This document shows, piece by piece, positions 1 to 10,325 of a stretch of 64,000 bases of DNA. The stretch comes from an uncultured Alphaproteobacteria bacterium (GTDB taxonomy: Bacteria; Pseudomonadota; Alphaproteobacteria; RF32; CAG-239): positions 4,770 through 68,769 of the forward strand of contig CAJTMA010000006.1 in the NCBI GenBank assembly GCA_910577205.1. The letters are read 5' to 3'. Positions within the stretch are counted from its first letter, which is position 1; each line of letters opens with the position of its first letter. The notes beneath the pieces were generated by a model. It was not told the origin of the DNA, ran no database searches, and saw only the letters and a list, made by a program, of their open reading frames with translations. Made by a program: the position numbers and the translations under genes.

Positions 1-14
1 TATTCAGCGCCGGG

Positions 15-503
15 ATGCTGTTTATCGGCGAAGCTGCCATGGCAATGCTCCACATCAACAGTTCCCAGGCCTTTTCGGTTTTATTATCCTGCTCAATTAC
101 CATCGGTTTTTATTTATGGATTTTAAGAACCAAGTTCAAAAGCCGCTGGCTGGCCTGGCCGGGAAAAGCTTTTGCGTTGCTGATTATTCCTTTCTCCATA
201 CTGGTTATGAGCGCTTATATTCATTTGGTTTCTGCCGTTTTGCTGGCTGCAGCAATCTATGTTATATTTGCTTACACCGCCATTTTTACCAAACGCAGCG
301 GCTTGATTAAGGAAAATGTCAAAGATGCGGTGCAGTTGCGCGATTATCTCATTCGCAATGCGGAAACCATTTGTCTGGGACGCGATTTTCTTAACCAGCA
401 GGCAAACATCTTTGCGCTGGATGCCGGCGAATATTTTCAACCGGCAGACAGCATCAAAGATTATTACAAACTGGATATTATGACAGAGTTATTCCGCAAA
501 TAA
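15..503 (+). CDS. hypothetical polytopic membrane protein (frame is open upstream to the window start, so possibly 5' truncated)
   Basis: Six-frame ORF with several hydrophobic helices. There is no stop between position 3 and the ATG at 15 in this frame. No recognisable motif. Confidence 0.45.
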   Translation: MLFIGEAAMAMLHINSSQAFSVLLSCSITIGFYLWILRTKFKSRWLAWPGKAFALLIIPFSILVMSAYIHLVSAVLLAAAIYVIFAYTAIFTKRSGLIKENVKDAVQLRDYLIRNAETICLGRDFLNQQANIFALDAGEYFQPADSIKDYYKLDIMTELFRK

Positions 504-511
504 ACCCGGGG

Positions 512-1324
512 TTAGTCCAGCAGGCTTTTAGCCGGCTGGGCGTCTTCGGCCCGCGGCGTATAAAAATAAATAAAATACTGGTAAATATGTGCCAAAAAAC
601 AAGATTTAACCAGCGCGTTTAGCAGTGTCAAAGCCGCAAGCAGTGTGGAAATGAGCAATTTTCCAGCCCAGTTTTCCACGGACATTTCCTGCAAAAAAGA
701 GCTGACAGAAAGCAAAATCACCACCACCGGAAAAGATGCCAGAAACAGGCCAAAGAAAATCTTGTTTGAATTTCCTTTGGTCATATCAAAAGTCTTGGCA
801 AAAGTCAGTTCCTTATTGTCTACGGCAATTGCCGGCAATATCAGGCATAAGCGCGACAGAACGACGGCAACAGTCAAAATAACCAGCAAAAACAAAATCA
901 TATTTGTTTGGTTCAGCAATTCCCTTGCACCCCCAAAAAACAGCGATAAGATGACACCGCAAGCCACAGACAAAATGACAATCATTACCAAAATCAGGAC
1001 GTTATAAACAAAATATTTGGCTTCCCGCCATCCGAAAGAAACAGGAAAACCTGTCGGAATCGATTTCAGAACAATCTGCCGGATAAAGGCAACCGAAACG
1101 GAAACCGTCACTAAGGTGGCGACAAGCATGGAGAGATTTATTTTCCAGACCTCGCGAGTTTCACCGGCCGTGTATTGCGAGGGAAAAGACAAAGCAGTAT
1201 CAGCCGCAACGATAATTGCAATGCCGACAAGGCTCAGGCGCCAAACCTGATTTAAATGGGAAAATAGATAGAGAAAGGTACGCTTTAAACTCTCCCCGAA
1301 AGACAAATTAATTATTTCCTTCAT
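512..1324 (-). CDS. hypothetical polytopic membrane protein
   Basis: Long minus-strand ORF with many TM-like hydrophobic stretches. I moved the start to the ATG at 1324 (MKEIINLSFG...), which overlaps the stop of the upstream ORF in an ATGA-type coupling. The track's 1339 start would be a TTG. Confidence 0.5.
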   Translation of the reverse strand: MKEIINLSFGESLKRTFLYLFSHLNQVWRLSLVGIAIIVAADTALSFPSQYTAGETREVWKINLSMLVATLVTVSVSVAFIRQIVLKSIPTGFPVSFGWREAKYFVYNVLILVMIVILSVACGVILSLFFGGARELLNQTNMILFLLVILTVAVVLSRLCLILPAIAVDNKELTFAKTFDMTKGNSNKIFFGLFLASFPVVVILLSVSSFLQEMSVENWAGKLLISTLLAALTLLNALVKSCFLAHIYQYFIYFYTPRAEDAQPAKSLLD

Positions 1325-2189
1325 CGACAGATTCTCCAAACAGAAACAGCTTCTGCAAATAACAGTGATTGATAAACAGCGTTGTCAAAAGCAGCAACAG
1401 AAACTCATACAGGTATTCCGAAGAAATTCCGCCCCACAAAGTATTGCTGCCGGCATAGCCCTGTATACTTACAAACATATTAAAGAATACAAACAACGCT
1501 AAGAAAAATATCAGAAACAGGGCAACCAATATCCGCAATGTATTGCCGCGGCTGCGTGTCCAGACTTCCCGCAAGCCGGGCAAGCGGCAGTCATCCAGGG
1601 CAAAACCAAACAACGAATAGAAGCGCATCACAGCAAAGGGCACAAGAAATCCAATTGACACAACGGCAAAATAGGTTACCTCGATCACAACATCAGGATT
1701 AGGCTCGCGAATCCACAACAGATAAAAAGACAGCATCGGCGTAAAATTCAGCACCAGAAACAGGGCAAGGATTCCCATCGCCGTTAGGGTGCTGCGGTTG
1801 ATAAAGAACAGATTTTTTATCGTAAATGGCTTATCTTCAAAAGCCAAACGATACCAATTGGCGGAAAACAAAAACAACAGGAAATATTTTGCCAGCATAT
1901 ACAGCGCATAAAAGCCGTCTGTTTGGGAGCAAAAAGATGCCGCGGGAATACCGGTGGTGCAGACATAAGGATACCCAAAGACAAATGAAAGCAAACTGAT
2001 GAGCAAGGCATAAATAAGCGCGGCCATCGCAAAAGGCGCAAATTTATCGATCAAAATTCCGAACGGCAGGTAAAACAATCTAATCGCCGGAATTTTAACA
2101 GCCCCATCCGGCCGGATGGGCGGCGTGCGCAGCAAGCACAAATCTTTGTCGTTGTCAGCAGAGGCCGTTTGTTTCTTTTTCTTAGGCAT
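1308..2189 (-). CDS. hypothetical polytopic membrane protein, translationally coupled to the downstream membrane ORF
   Basis: 293-aa ORF with a basic N-terminus (MPKKKKQ) followed by at least seven hydrophobic helices. It starts 3 bp after the dnaE stop. Confidence 0.5.
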   Translation of the reverse strand: MPKKKKQTASADNDKDLCLLRTPPIRPDGAVKIPAIRLFYLPFGILIDKFAPFAMAALIYALLISLLSFVFGYPYVCTTGIPAASFCSQTDGFYALYMLAKYFLLFLFSANWYRLAFEDKPFTIKNLFFINRSTLTAMGILALFLVLNFTPMLSFYLLWIREPNPDVVIEVTYFAVVSIGFLVPFAVMRFYSLFGFALDDCRLPGLREVWTRSRGNTLRILVALFLIFFLALFVFFNMFVSIQGYAGSNTLWGGISSEYLYEFLLLLLTTLFINHCYLQKLFLFGESVDEGNN

Positions 2190-2191
2190 GA

Positions 2192-5100
2192 CTAAATTTC
2201 CTTTACAGTGGTTACGCCGGGCAGACTGCGGATGCGGCTCAAGAAATCCTGATCGGCAAAGCCAAAGCCTCCGGCCAGTTCAATGCGGACATCCCAATCC
2301 CTATTATCTGGTTTAATATATATTTTATTTCTGCCATTTCTATCTTTAGAGAGAATCGCTTTTAATCCGGGAAGTGCCGCGACATCGTTCACCTCAATCT
2401 CCAGACCGTTGGCAACTTCGGCAATCGCTTTGTCAAGCGTGTCGACATTATTAATCATACAGCGCGCGCGGCCATCCTCTTCCTGCTTGTCAATGCTCAT
2501 GCTGACCAGGACTGGCAGACCGGAGCTCAATACATTTTCAAACCTGGCCAGACCTTCAGAAAACAGCAGCCCTTCAAAATTGCTGGTAGCATCCGAAAAC
2601 TCAACAAAAGCGTATTTATTGCCGCTTTTGCTGATACGTTTCTGCACACTGTTGACGCAGCCGGCCAGCTTAGCGCGGATGGTATCGCCGACTTTGATGT
2701 TATGGAAGACTTCTACCGCCGTTTTAACCCCAAGACGCTCCATGCCGCGGGCATAGCTGTCAAGCGGGTGCGCCGACAGATAAAAACCGATGGCTTCGGC
2801 TTCAAGCTTCAATTTTTCCAGTTCCGGCCAATCCGGTTTATCCGCCAGCTTAACCGTGGTATGCAGCTCCTCTGTGCCAAACAATGAAGCCTGCGAACTG
2901 GTTTTTAATTCGCTGGCGGCAGCAATGTGCTGCATAATCGTTTCAATATTGGCAAAAATTTTGCCGCGGCTTTTATCCAGGCAATCAAATGCGCCGGCTT
3001 TGGTTAATTGTTCCATTTGGCGGCGGTTAATCTGCTTGATGTCGGTACGATGGATAAAGTCCGACAAATCTTTATACGGGCCATGGGCTTTGCGTTCGTC
3101 TTCAATTGCCTGCATATTGGCAGCACCAACGCCTTTAATTGCCCCTAAAGCATAGCGGATATTACCGTTTTCGACCGCAAAATCAGCGCCTGATTTGTTA
3201 ATATCGGGTTTCAGCACCTCGAAGCCCATTTTTTTGCATTCTTCTTTATAAATGAGCAGCTTTTCGGTGTTGGTAATATCCAAAGACATTACCGCGCACA
3301 TAAATTCGACCGGGTAATGCGCTTTCAAATAAGCGGTTTGATAAGAAATCAGCGAGTATGCCGCCGCGTGCGATTTGTTAAAGCCATAAGACGCAAACTT
3401 TTCCATTTGGTCAAAAATGGCTTCGGCAACGGATTTGTCAATGCCGTTTTTGATAGCCCCTTCGGTAAACATAATGCGCTGTTTCGGAATTTCATCGCGC
3501 TGTTTTTTACCCATAACTTTACGCAGCTTATCCGCACCGCCCATGGTATAGCCGCCAAGCGCCCGGGCGATGTTCATTACCTGCTCTTGGTAAATCATAA
3601 TACCGTAGGTTTCTTTCAAAATCGGCTCAAGCTGCGGATGAAGATAGGTAATTTCTTCTTCACCGTGTTTGCGTTTAATATAGCTTGGAATATTATCCAT
3701 CGGCCCCGGTCGATAGAGGGACACGATAGCGATTAGATCTTCAAAACGGTCGGGTTTGATTTGCTTATGAACATCTTTCATCCCCGGAGATTCAAACTGG
3801 AAAACAGCGGAAGTATCCCCGCGCTGCAGCAACTCATAGGTCGGACGGTCATCCAGATTGATATTGTCCATATCCAGTTCAACGCCATGCACTTTTTTCA
3901 CCCAGTCGCAGGCGCGTTTAATCACTGTCAGGGTTTTTAGGCCCAAAAAGTCAAACTTAATCAGCCCGGTTTCCTCAACGTATTTCATATCATACTGGGT
4001 CACAGGCATATCAGATTTAGGATCTTTATACAGAGGCACAAGCTGGTCAAGCGGGCGGTCGCCAATCACCACGCCGGCTGCATGGACACCGGATTGACGA
4101 TACAGCCCTTCCAGTTTCATGGCTATATCAAACAGCTTGTTGACCTGCGGGTCGTTTTGGCGCATTTCTTCCAGTTCCGACACTTGATCCAGAGATTCCT
4201 GCAAGGTCGGGTTTTTCCCTTGAACACCGGGGGGAATCATCTTTGAAATACGGTCAGCCTGCGCATAAGGCATTTGCAACACGCGCGCCACATCGCGAAT
4301 CACCGCTTTGGATTGCAGCTTACCATAAGTAATAATCTGCGCCACATGGTCAAAACCATATTTATTCTGCACATATTCAATGGTTTTGTAACGGTTTTCC
4401 TGACAGAAGTCGACGTCAAAGTCCGGCATATTAATACGTTCAGGATTCAGAAAACGCTCAAACAGCAAATCCAGTTTCAACGGGTCAAGGTCCGTCACTT
4501 TTAACGACCAAGCCACAATTGACCCCGCACCGGAACCACGTCCCGGTCCGACCGGTACGCCATGGCCTTTTGACCAGCGGATGAAGTCCGACACGATTAG
4601 GAAGTAGCCGGGGAAGCCCATCTTTTTAATAACGCTTAACTCATATTCCAGACGCGCATAATAACGCTTATCAATTTCAGCCTTTTCTTCCGCTGTCATC
4701 TCCGGCGTGTAGACTTGAGCCTCCATACGCTCTTTTAAGCCTTTGTAGGCCTCTTCGGTAATGAATTCATCTTGCGTTTTGCCGTCCGGACATTCAAAAA
4801 TCGGCAGCAAAGGATCAACTTTTTTTGATAAGTAATTACAGCGCAACGCAATCTGCACTGTTGAATTGACGGCCTCCGGCAAGTCACTGAACAGCTCCAG
4901 CATTTCAGCCTCGGAACGCAAGCGGTTATTAGGCGAAAACTTTTTGCGGTTGTCGTTGGCGACATATTCCCCGGCGGCAATACAAGCCAGCGCATCATGC
5001 GCTTCATACATATCGGCATCAAAGAAAAATGCTTCATTGGTCGCAACCAACGGAATATCATGCTTATAGGCCAGATTAATAAAATCTTCTTCGGTTTTGT

Positions 5101-5662
5101 GTTCGCTTTCCAGACCGATACGCGAAATTTCCATATACAGGCGGTCGGCAAAAATTTCTTTGAGCTTCAGCAGGGTTTCTTCAGCTTCGGCCTTGCGGTT
5201 TTCAAGCAGCAGCCGTCCGATTTGCCCCTCCACCCCGCCGGTGAGGACAATCAACCCTTCGTTCAGCTGTTGAAAGTCGGCAATACGAATCTGCGGTTTT
5301 TCTAAATTCGGCCCATCAAGATAAGCCATTTTCATCAGCTTCATAATATTATGATAGCCGTCATCATTCATCACTAACAAGATGATTTTGTCAGGGTCGA
5401 CAATCCGCCCTTTGGATTTCAAGACATCATCGGCATCCGGATTACGCAGATAAAACTGGCAGCCCATAATCGGTTTAATGCCTTCATCGGAAGCATATTT
5501 GGAAAAAGCTTTGCCGCCGAACATATTGGCAGTATCTGTCACGGCGATGGCGGCAATCCCTTGAGCGTGGCATTTGTGAATCAGAGCAGGCACTTGCATC
5601 GCGCCTTCCGATAAAGAATAGGCGGTATGGACACGAAGATGTACAAACTTGGGCTCTGACAT
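2192..5662 (-). CDS. dnaE: DNA polymerase III alpha subunit
   Basis: 1156-aa protein. The N-terminal PHP domain (HLRVHTAYSLSEGA) and polymerase core motifs (GSGAGS, VPVGPGRGSGAGS) are present, and the length is typical for DnaE. Confidence 0.95.
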   Translation of the reverse strand: MSEPKFVHLRVHTAYSLSEGAMQVPALIHKCHAQGIAAIAVTDTANMFGGKAFSKYASDEGIKPIMGCQFYLRNPDADDVLKSKGRIVDPDKIILLVMNDDGYHNIMKLMKMAYLDGPNLEKPQIRIADFQQLNEGLIVLTGGVEGQIGRLLLENRKAEAEETLLKLKEIFADRLYMEISRIGLESEHKTEEDFINLAYKHDIPLVATNEAFFFDADMYEAHDALACIAAGEYVANDNRKKFSPNNRLRSEAEMLELFSDLPEAVNSTVQIALRCNYLSKKVDPLLPIFECPDGKTQDEFITEEAYKGLKERMEAQVYTPEMTAEEKAEIDKRYYARLEYELSVIKKMGFPGYFLIVSDFIRWSKGHGVPVGPGRGSGAGSIVAWSLKVTDLDPLKLDLLFERFLNPERINMPDFDVDFCQENRYKTIEYVQNKYGFDHVAQIITYGKLQSKAVIRDVARVLQMPYAQADRISKMIPPGVQGKNPTLQESLDQVSELEEMRQNDPQVNKLFDIAMKLEGLYRQSGVHAAGVVIGDRPLDQLVPLYKDPKSDMPVTQYDMKYVEETGLIKFDFLGLKTLTVIKRACDWVKKVHGVELDMDNINLDDRPTYELLQRGDTSAVFQFESPGMKDVHKQIKPDRFEDLIAIVSLYRPGPMDNIPSYIKRKHGEEEITYLHPQLEPILKETYGIMIYQEQVMNIARALGGYTMGGADKLRKVMGKKQRDEIPKQRIMFTEGAIKNGIDKSVAEAIFDQMEKFASYGFNKSHAAAYSLISYQTAYLKAHYPVEFMCAVMSLDITNTEKLLIYKEECKKMGFEVLKPDINKSGADFAVENGNIRYALGAIKGVGAANMQAIEDERKAHGPYKDLSDFIHRTDIKQINRRQMEQLTKAGAFDCLDKSRGKIFANIETIMQHIAAASELKTSSQASLFGTEELHTTVKLADKPDWPELEKLKLEAEAIGFYLSAHPLDSYARGMERLGVKTAVEVFHNIKVGDTIRAKLAGCVNSVQKRISKSGNKYAFVEFSDATSNFEGLLFSEGLARFENVLSSGLPVLVSMSIDKQEEDGRARCMINNVDTLDKAIAEVANGLEIEVNDVAALPGLKAILSKDRNGRNKIYIKPDNRDWDVRIELAGGFGFADQDFLSRIRSLPGVTTVKEI

Positions 5663-5776
5663 TTTTTCCTCTTAACTGCCGCTATCATAAAAGGATTCCT
5701 CCCGCGACACAATCAAAAAATATATTTCGTGTACAAGAGCGGGAAAACTCTTGTCCGGCGAGGAATAAACGCCCCA

Positions 5777-6853
5777 TTAATCCAGTTCGGAGAGGCGTTC
5801 GGCCTGATCTTCGGTAACCAAAGCGTCAATAACTTCGCCCAGAGCATCACCGGAAACGACTTCATCCAGCTTATACAAGGTTAAGTTAATCCGGTGGTCG
5901 GTTACGCGCCCCTGCGGGTAGTTATAAGTGCGAATCCGCTCAGAGCGGTCACCGGAGCCGACCTGCAATTTACGACGTTCAGAATATTCTTTGTCAATTG
6001 TCGACTTTTGCAAATCATAAAGCTTGGCACGCAGGTGGTTCATTGCTTTTTCTTTATTTTTAAACTGCGAGCGGTCATCTTGGCACTGCACAATAACCCC
6101 GGTCGGAATATGGGTAATACGCACGGCGGATTCCGTACGGTTAACGTGCTGTCCGCCCGCACCGGATGCGCGGTATACATCAATTTTCAAATCCGCCGGA
6201 TTAATATACATATCAACTTCTTCTATCTCCGGCAAAACGGCAACTGTCGCAGCTGAGGTATGCACGCGTCCCTGAGATTCTGTCACCGGAACTCGTTGTA
6301 CTCGATGCGCACCGGACTCAAACTTCAGTTTGGCAAACACATCTTTGCCGGTAATTTTGGCTGTTGCTTGTTTGTAGCCGCCAAGGCCGTTTTCATCCAC
6401 GTCGATGGTTTCAAATTTCCAACCCTGCAAAGCAGAATAACGCTGATACATTTCAAACAATACAGTCCCGAACAAAGCAGCTTCATCACCGCCGGTGCCG
6501 GCACGAATTTCAAGAATCGCGTTCTTTTCGTCTTCGGCATCTTTGGGCAGGAGCAGAATTTTAATCTGCTTTTCCAACTCCGGCAGTTTTTCTTTCAGCT
6601 CATAATATTCTGCCTCAGCCATTTCCCGCATTTCTTTATCCAGCGAAGAATCATCCATCATCATTTTGGCGTCAGACATATTTTGTTCGGCATGATTATA
6701 TTCATGAATTGCCTCAACCACCGGCGACAATGCCGATAATTCCTTATTCATGCGCACCAAATCATCCGCGCTGATATCAGGAGAGGACAATAAAGCCGAA
6801 ATTTCATCGTGGCGGCTTACCACATTCGCCAGTTTTTCTGCAAAAGAGGCCAT
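5777..6853 (-). CDS. prfA: peptide chain release factor 1
   Basis: 358 aa. It has the GGQ motif ([19 protein letters not shown]) and the RF1-type PVT tripeptide ([13 protein letters not shown]), not the RF2 SPF. Confidence 0.93.
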   Translation of the reverse strand: MASFAEKLANVVSRHDEISALLSSPDISADDLVRMNKELSALSPVVEAIHEYNHAEQNMSDAKMMMDDSSLDKEMREMAEAEYYELKEKLPELEKQIKILLLPKDAEDEKNAILEIRAGTGGDEAALFGTVLFEMYQRYSALQGWKFETIDVDENGLGGYKQATAKITGKDVFAKLKFESGAHRVQRVPVTESQGRVHTSAATVAVLPEIEEVDMYINPADLKIDVYRASGAGGQHVNRTESAVRITHIPTGVIVQCQDDRSQFKNKEKAMNHLRAKLYDLQKSTIDKEYSERRKLQVGSGDRSERIRTYNYPQGRVTDHRINLTLYKLDEVVSGDALGEVIDALVTEDQAERLSELD

Positions 6854-8088
6854 TAATTTATTTCCTTTTCAATATTATTCAAAGCAACGTTTTTCTGCTC
6901 GCCGCTATCCAGATTTTTAACGGTAACTTCACCTTTTGCCAGCTCATCAGGGCCGACAATTACAGCAGCAAAAGCATTTGCCTTATTCGCTTTTATCATG
7001 CGTTTTTTCATATTACCGCTATAGCTTTGGTCAACGCTGAAACCTGCCTTACGCAAGCGGTATGCAATTTCCACAGCCTGAAGATTTACATCTTCGGTCA
7101 CCGGAATAACCGCTACCGGACGCGGCAGCGACACATCGGCTTCCAACAACATACTTAAGCGTTCAACGCCGCAAGCCCAGCCGATACCGGCGACTTTGCC
7201 GCCGCCCATCTGCTCAACCAGACCGTCATAACGGCCGCCGGCCAATACAGTGCCTTGCGCCCCTAATTTATCGGTTACCAGCTCAAACACTGTGTGAGAA
7301 TAATAATCCAACCCGCGAACCAAACGGTTGTTGACGCGGTATTTAATACCTAATTTATCCAGCCCGGTCAAGACCTGATTGAAGAATGATGTTGAGGCTT
7401 CATTTAAACTATCCTTATACAGCGGCGCGTTTTCAACCACTCTTTTATCACATTCTTCTTTAGAATCCAAAACCCGTAACGGATTTTTCTCCAAACGAGC
7501 TTTGCTGTCTTCAGACAATTCGTCATAATGCTCTTTTAAATAAGCAACCAATTTGGTACGGTAAGCATCGCGGCTTTCCTGATCGCCCAAAGAGTTAATC
7601 TCAACGGTAACGCTTCCGTCCAGGCCTAATTTTTCAACAAATTCGTAAGCCATGGAAATGACTTCAATATCCGCTTGCGGATTTTCAACCCCCAGAAGTT
7701 CAACACCAAACTGGGTAAACTGGCGTTGACGGCCTTTTTGCGGGCGTTCATAGCGAAACATCGGCCCGGCATAATAGAGTTTAACCGGCAGGTTCTGTTG
7801 CATTCCCTCAGAAATAAACGAACGGACAACGCCTGCCGTGCCTTCGGGGCGCAGCGTCAGGCTTTCGCCGCCGCGATCCTGAAAGCAGTACATCTCCTTG
7901 GTGACGATATCTGAGGTGTCGCCGAGATTGCGCGAGAAGACTTCCGTAAACTCAAAAATCGGGGTTTCAATTTCTTCAAAGCCATATTTCTCTACGATTT
8001 CACCACCTGTAGAAATTACTTTTTTGGCTTTGCGCTTGGCTTCGCCGTATAAATCATAAGTGCCGCGCACATTTTGAATTTTTGCCAT
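6853..8088 (-). CDS. hisS: histidine--tRNA ligase
   Basis: 411 aa. Class II aaRS motifs are present and the N-terminus matches HisRS ([17 protein letters not shown]...LRPEGTAG). Confidence 0.92.
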   Translation of the reverse strand: MAKIQNVRGTYDLYGEAKRKAKKVISTGGEIVEKYGFEEIETPIFEFTEVFSRNLGDTSDIVTKEMYCFQDRGGESLTLRPEGTAGVVRSFISEGMQQNLPVKLYYAGPMFRYERPQKGRQRQFTQFGVELLGVENPQADIEVISMAYEFVEKLGLDGSVTVEINSLGDQESRDAYRTKLVAYLKEHYDELSEDSKARLEKNPLRVLDSKEECDKRVVENAPLYKDSLNEASTSFFNQVLTGLDKLGIKYRVNNRLVRGLDYYSHTVFELVTDKLGAQGTVLAGGRYDGLVEQMGGGKVAGIGWACGVERLSMLLEADVSLPRPVAVIPVTEDVNLQAVEIAYRLRKAGFSVDQSYSGNMKKRMIKANKANAFAAVIVGPDELAKGEVTVKNLDSGEQKNVALNNIEKEIN

Positions 8089-8089
8089 T

Positions 8090-9157
8090 TTAACTCACCT
8101 TTTCTTCAACCAGACGAACCAGCTCGTCCACGATATTTTCACTTTTAACTTTGTTAGCGGGTTTGCCGCCGATAAAAATCATATTATCACCGCCTTTGCC
8201 GCCGCAAACACCGAAATCTGCATGAGCAGATTCTCCCGGACCGTTAACAACGCAGCCCATTACAGCCAGGGTCAGAGGCTTAGTGATATGAGCCAATCTC
8301 TTTTCCAGCTCTTCAACAGTTTTTTGCACATCATACCCCCGGCGGGCGCAGGTCGGGCAAGAGATTATCCTTACGCCCCGATGTCGCAAATCAAGGGCTT
8401 TTAAGATTTCGTAGCCGGCTTTGACCTCCTCCTCCACATCTGCGGTCAACGAAACGCGCAGGGTGTCGCCAATGCCAGACATCAGCAAACTGCCGATGCC
8501 AATTGACGAACGCACAGTTCCGGCGCGCAAGCCCCCGGCTTCTGTCACGCCCAAGTGCAGCGGATAATCACTAGCCGCCGCCAATTTTTGATATGCGTTA
8601 ATCATCATCAGCGTATCAGAAGATTTTACGCTGATTTTAAACTCAAAAAAGTCATTGTCTTCAAGCATTTTAGCTTGTTCTAAGGCGCTTTCAACCATGG
8701 CGTCGGCTGTCGGTTCGCCATATTTCTCCAACAAACGCTTGTCCAACGAACCGCCATTGACACCAATGCGAATCGAGCAGCCGTTGGCCTTGGCAGCTTT
8801 CACAACTTCTTTTACCCTATCCGCACCGCCGATATTTCCGGGATTAATCCGCAGGCAGGCCGCGCCGTTATCTGCGGCCAGCAGCCCCAGGCGATAATCA
8901 AAATGAATATCAGCGACCACCGGAATACTGACAGCTTTGGTAATTTCTTTCAAAGCTTTTGCCGAAGCTTCGTCCGGGCAGGAACAGCGGGTAATATCGC
9001 AACCAACAGCCGCCTGCCGGCGAATTTGTTCGACCGTTGCTTTAACATCCGCGGTCAGGCTATTGGTCATAGACTGGACGGTTATGGGAGCATCGCCGCC
9101 GACAGCAACGTTTCCGACCATAATTTTCCGGGATTTGCGGCGCATTATTTTTTCCAT
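8090..9157 (-). CDS. ispG: 4-hydroxy-3-methylbut-2-enyl diphosphate synthase (flavodoxin)
   Basis: 355 aa. The N-terminal [28 protein letters not shown] is the typical IspG/GcpE start, and the C-terminal Cys ligands ([15 protein letters not shown]) are present. Confidence 0.92.
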   Translation of the reverse strand: MEKIMRRKSRKIMVGNVAVGGDAPITVQSMTNSLTADVKATVEQIRRQAAVGCDITRCSCPDEASAKALKEITKAVSIPVVADIHFDYRLGLLAADNGAACLRINPGNIGGADRVKEVVKAAKANGCSIRIGVNGGSLDKRLLEKYGEPTADAMVESALEQAKMLEDNDFFEFKISVKSSDTLMMINAYQKLAAASDYPLHLGVTEAGGLRAGTVRSSIGIGSLLMSGIGDTLRVSLTADVEEEVKAGYEILKALDLRHRGVRIISCPTCARRGYDVQKTVEELEKRLAHITKPLTLAVMGCVVNGPGESAHADFGVCGGKGGDNMIFIGGKPANKVKSENIVDELVRLVEEKVS

Positions 9158-9247
9158 TGGGTAGTCCTTTTATCATTTTTTCTTATTTTATAAAAATAAA
9201 AGAAAATAGCAAGTTCTCACCTGCTATTTTCTTAAATTTCAGTTTCA

Positions 9248-10261
9248 CTAATGGTTAGCTTCGAGATATTTATCAAGCGCAATGCCGATTTTCTTTTCAG
9301 AAGTAACGACCGGAACAACCTTGCCGTCAATCACAACCTCTACAGCGCCAACACGACCGACAGAGAGAATCTTGCCTTCTCCGGCAGGAACTTTATAAAC
9401 ATCTCCCGGCTGTAATACTTTGCTTATCCAAAGCTTGTCTTTATCTTTCACTTCGACCCAAGTTTCCTGATTAATTTTCAAAACGACCCGGGCATCAGCC
9501 TTTACATCTGCCGGAGCTGCAGCCGGTTCAGAAATTTCAGCAACAGGTTCGCTGGCGGCAGGCGCTTCTTCTGCCGGAGCAGCGGGAGAAGGTTCAACAA
9601 AATTGCCTTCATTGACAATCACCTGCGGCACATTTTCAACAGGCGCAGCGGTTGTGGTATCAATAATAACCATCCGTCCGTCTTCAGGTGCGGGAGCTGT
9701 TTCATCCAGCGTTGCAAAATCTTCAACCTGCAAAGGAAAACTATCTGCCGGCGCGTTGTCTACGACAAGCTCTTCCTCGGCAACCGGCTCTTCAACCGTA
9801 TTTTGGCTTTCGCTGTATGCCAGCCAGCCGGCATAGAGGGCAATAATTGCCAGCATACTGATTAACAAATACTTTTTGTTCGGCACAGTCGCTTCAGACT
9901 GCGGTTCTAAAACATAGACGTTATCCGCTTTGGCATTCGCATCTGTTTCTTCCTTGAACAGCTGGACAATGCGGGCGGAATTCAGCCCTAAAAACTCGGC
10001 ATATGACCGGATAAAACCAACACCGTACGGCGGCTCCGGAATATCCTCATAGCAACTGTTTTCAATTGCTTCCAGATAAGACGCACGAATATATAACTCT
10101 TTAGCGATATCTGCAATTTTATAGCCTTTTTTAACACGGGCATCATGCAGCATTCCGCCGACCTTGCCTTCATTGCCAGACAAATTTTCTTTAATATCCT
10201 GCACCGCTGCCGCCATTTTTTCTTCTGCGGCCTCAGCCCCTTTTGTTGTTTCCTTTTTCAC
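9248..10261 (-). CDS. rodZ: RodZ-like cytoskeleton-associated protein (XRE-type HTH with a DUF4115-like C-terminus)
   Basis: The N-terminal HTH (GYKIADIAKELYIRASYLEAIE) is followed by a TM segment, an acidic Pro/Ala-rich linker, and a beta-rich C-terminus. Its position upstream of ispG-hisS matches rodZ-ispG-hisS synteny. Confidence 0.7.
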   Translation of the reverse strand: MKKETTKGAEAAEEKMAAAVQDIKENLSGNEGKVGGMLHDARVKKGYKIADIAKELYIRASYLEAIENSCYEDIPEPPYGVGFIRSYAEFLGLNSARIVQLFKEETDANAKADNVYVLEPQSEATVPNKKYLLISMLAIIALYAGWLAYSESQNTVEEPVAEEELVVDNAPADSFPLQVEDFATLDETAPAPEDGRMVIIDTTTAAPVENVPQVIVNEGNFVEPSPAAPAEEAPAASEPVAEISEPAAAPADVKADARVVLKINQETWVEVKDKDKLWISKVLQPGDVYKVPAGEGKILSVGRVGAVEVVIDGKVVPVVTSEKKIGIALDKYLEANH

Positions 10262-10325
10262 GGTCTTGTCCCTTTAATATAATACTTTAATTCTTGCGAA
10301 TCTGCTGAGCATTGAAACATAGTTT

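Noticed and set aside
2283-5305. Numerous 60-160 aa ORFs on the opposite strand or in alternative frames inside dnaE. The same occurs inside other long genes such as ptsP, glgX and the autotransporter.
   Set aside because: They are fully embedded in high-confidence long genes, which is typical of antisense ORFs in moderately GC-rich coding DNA.
5663-5776. A hairpin ACAAGAG-cgggaaaa-CTCTTGT downstream of prfA as a terminator.
   Set aside because: The stem is short and no contiguous T-run follows on the transcribed strand, so I regard it as only a weak candidate.
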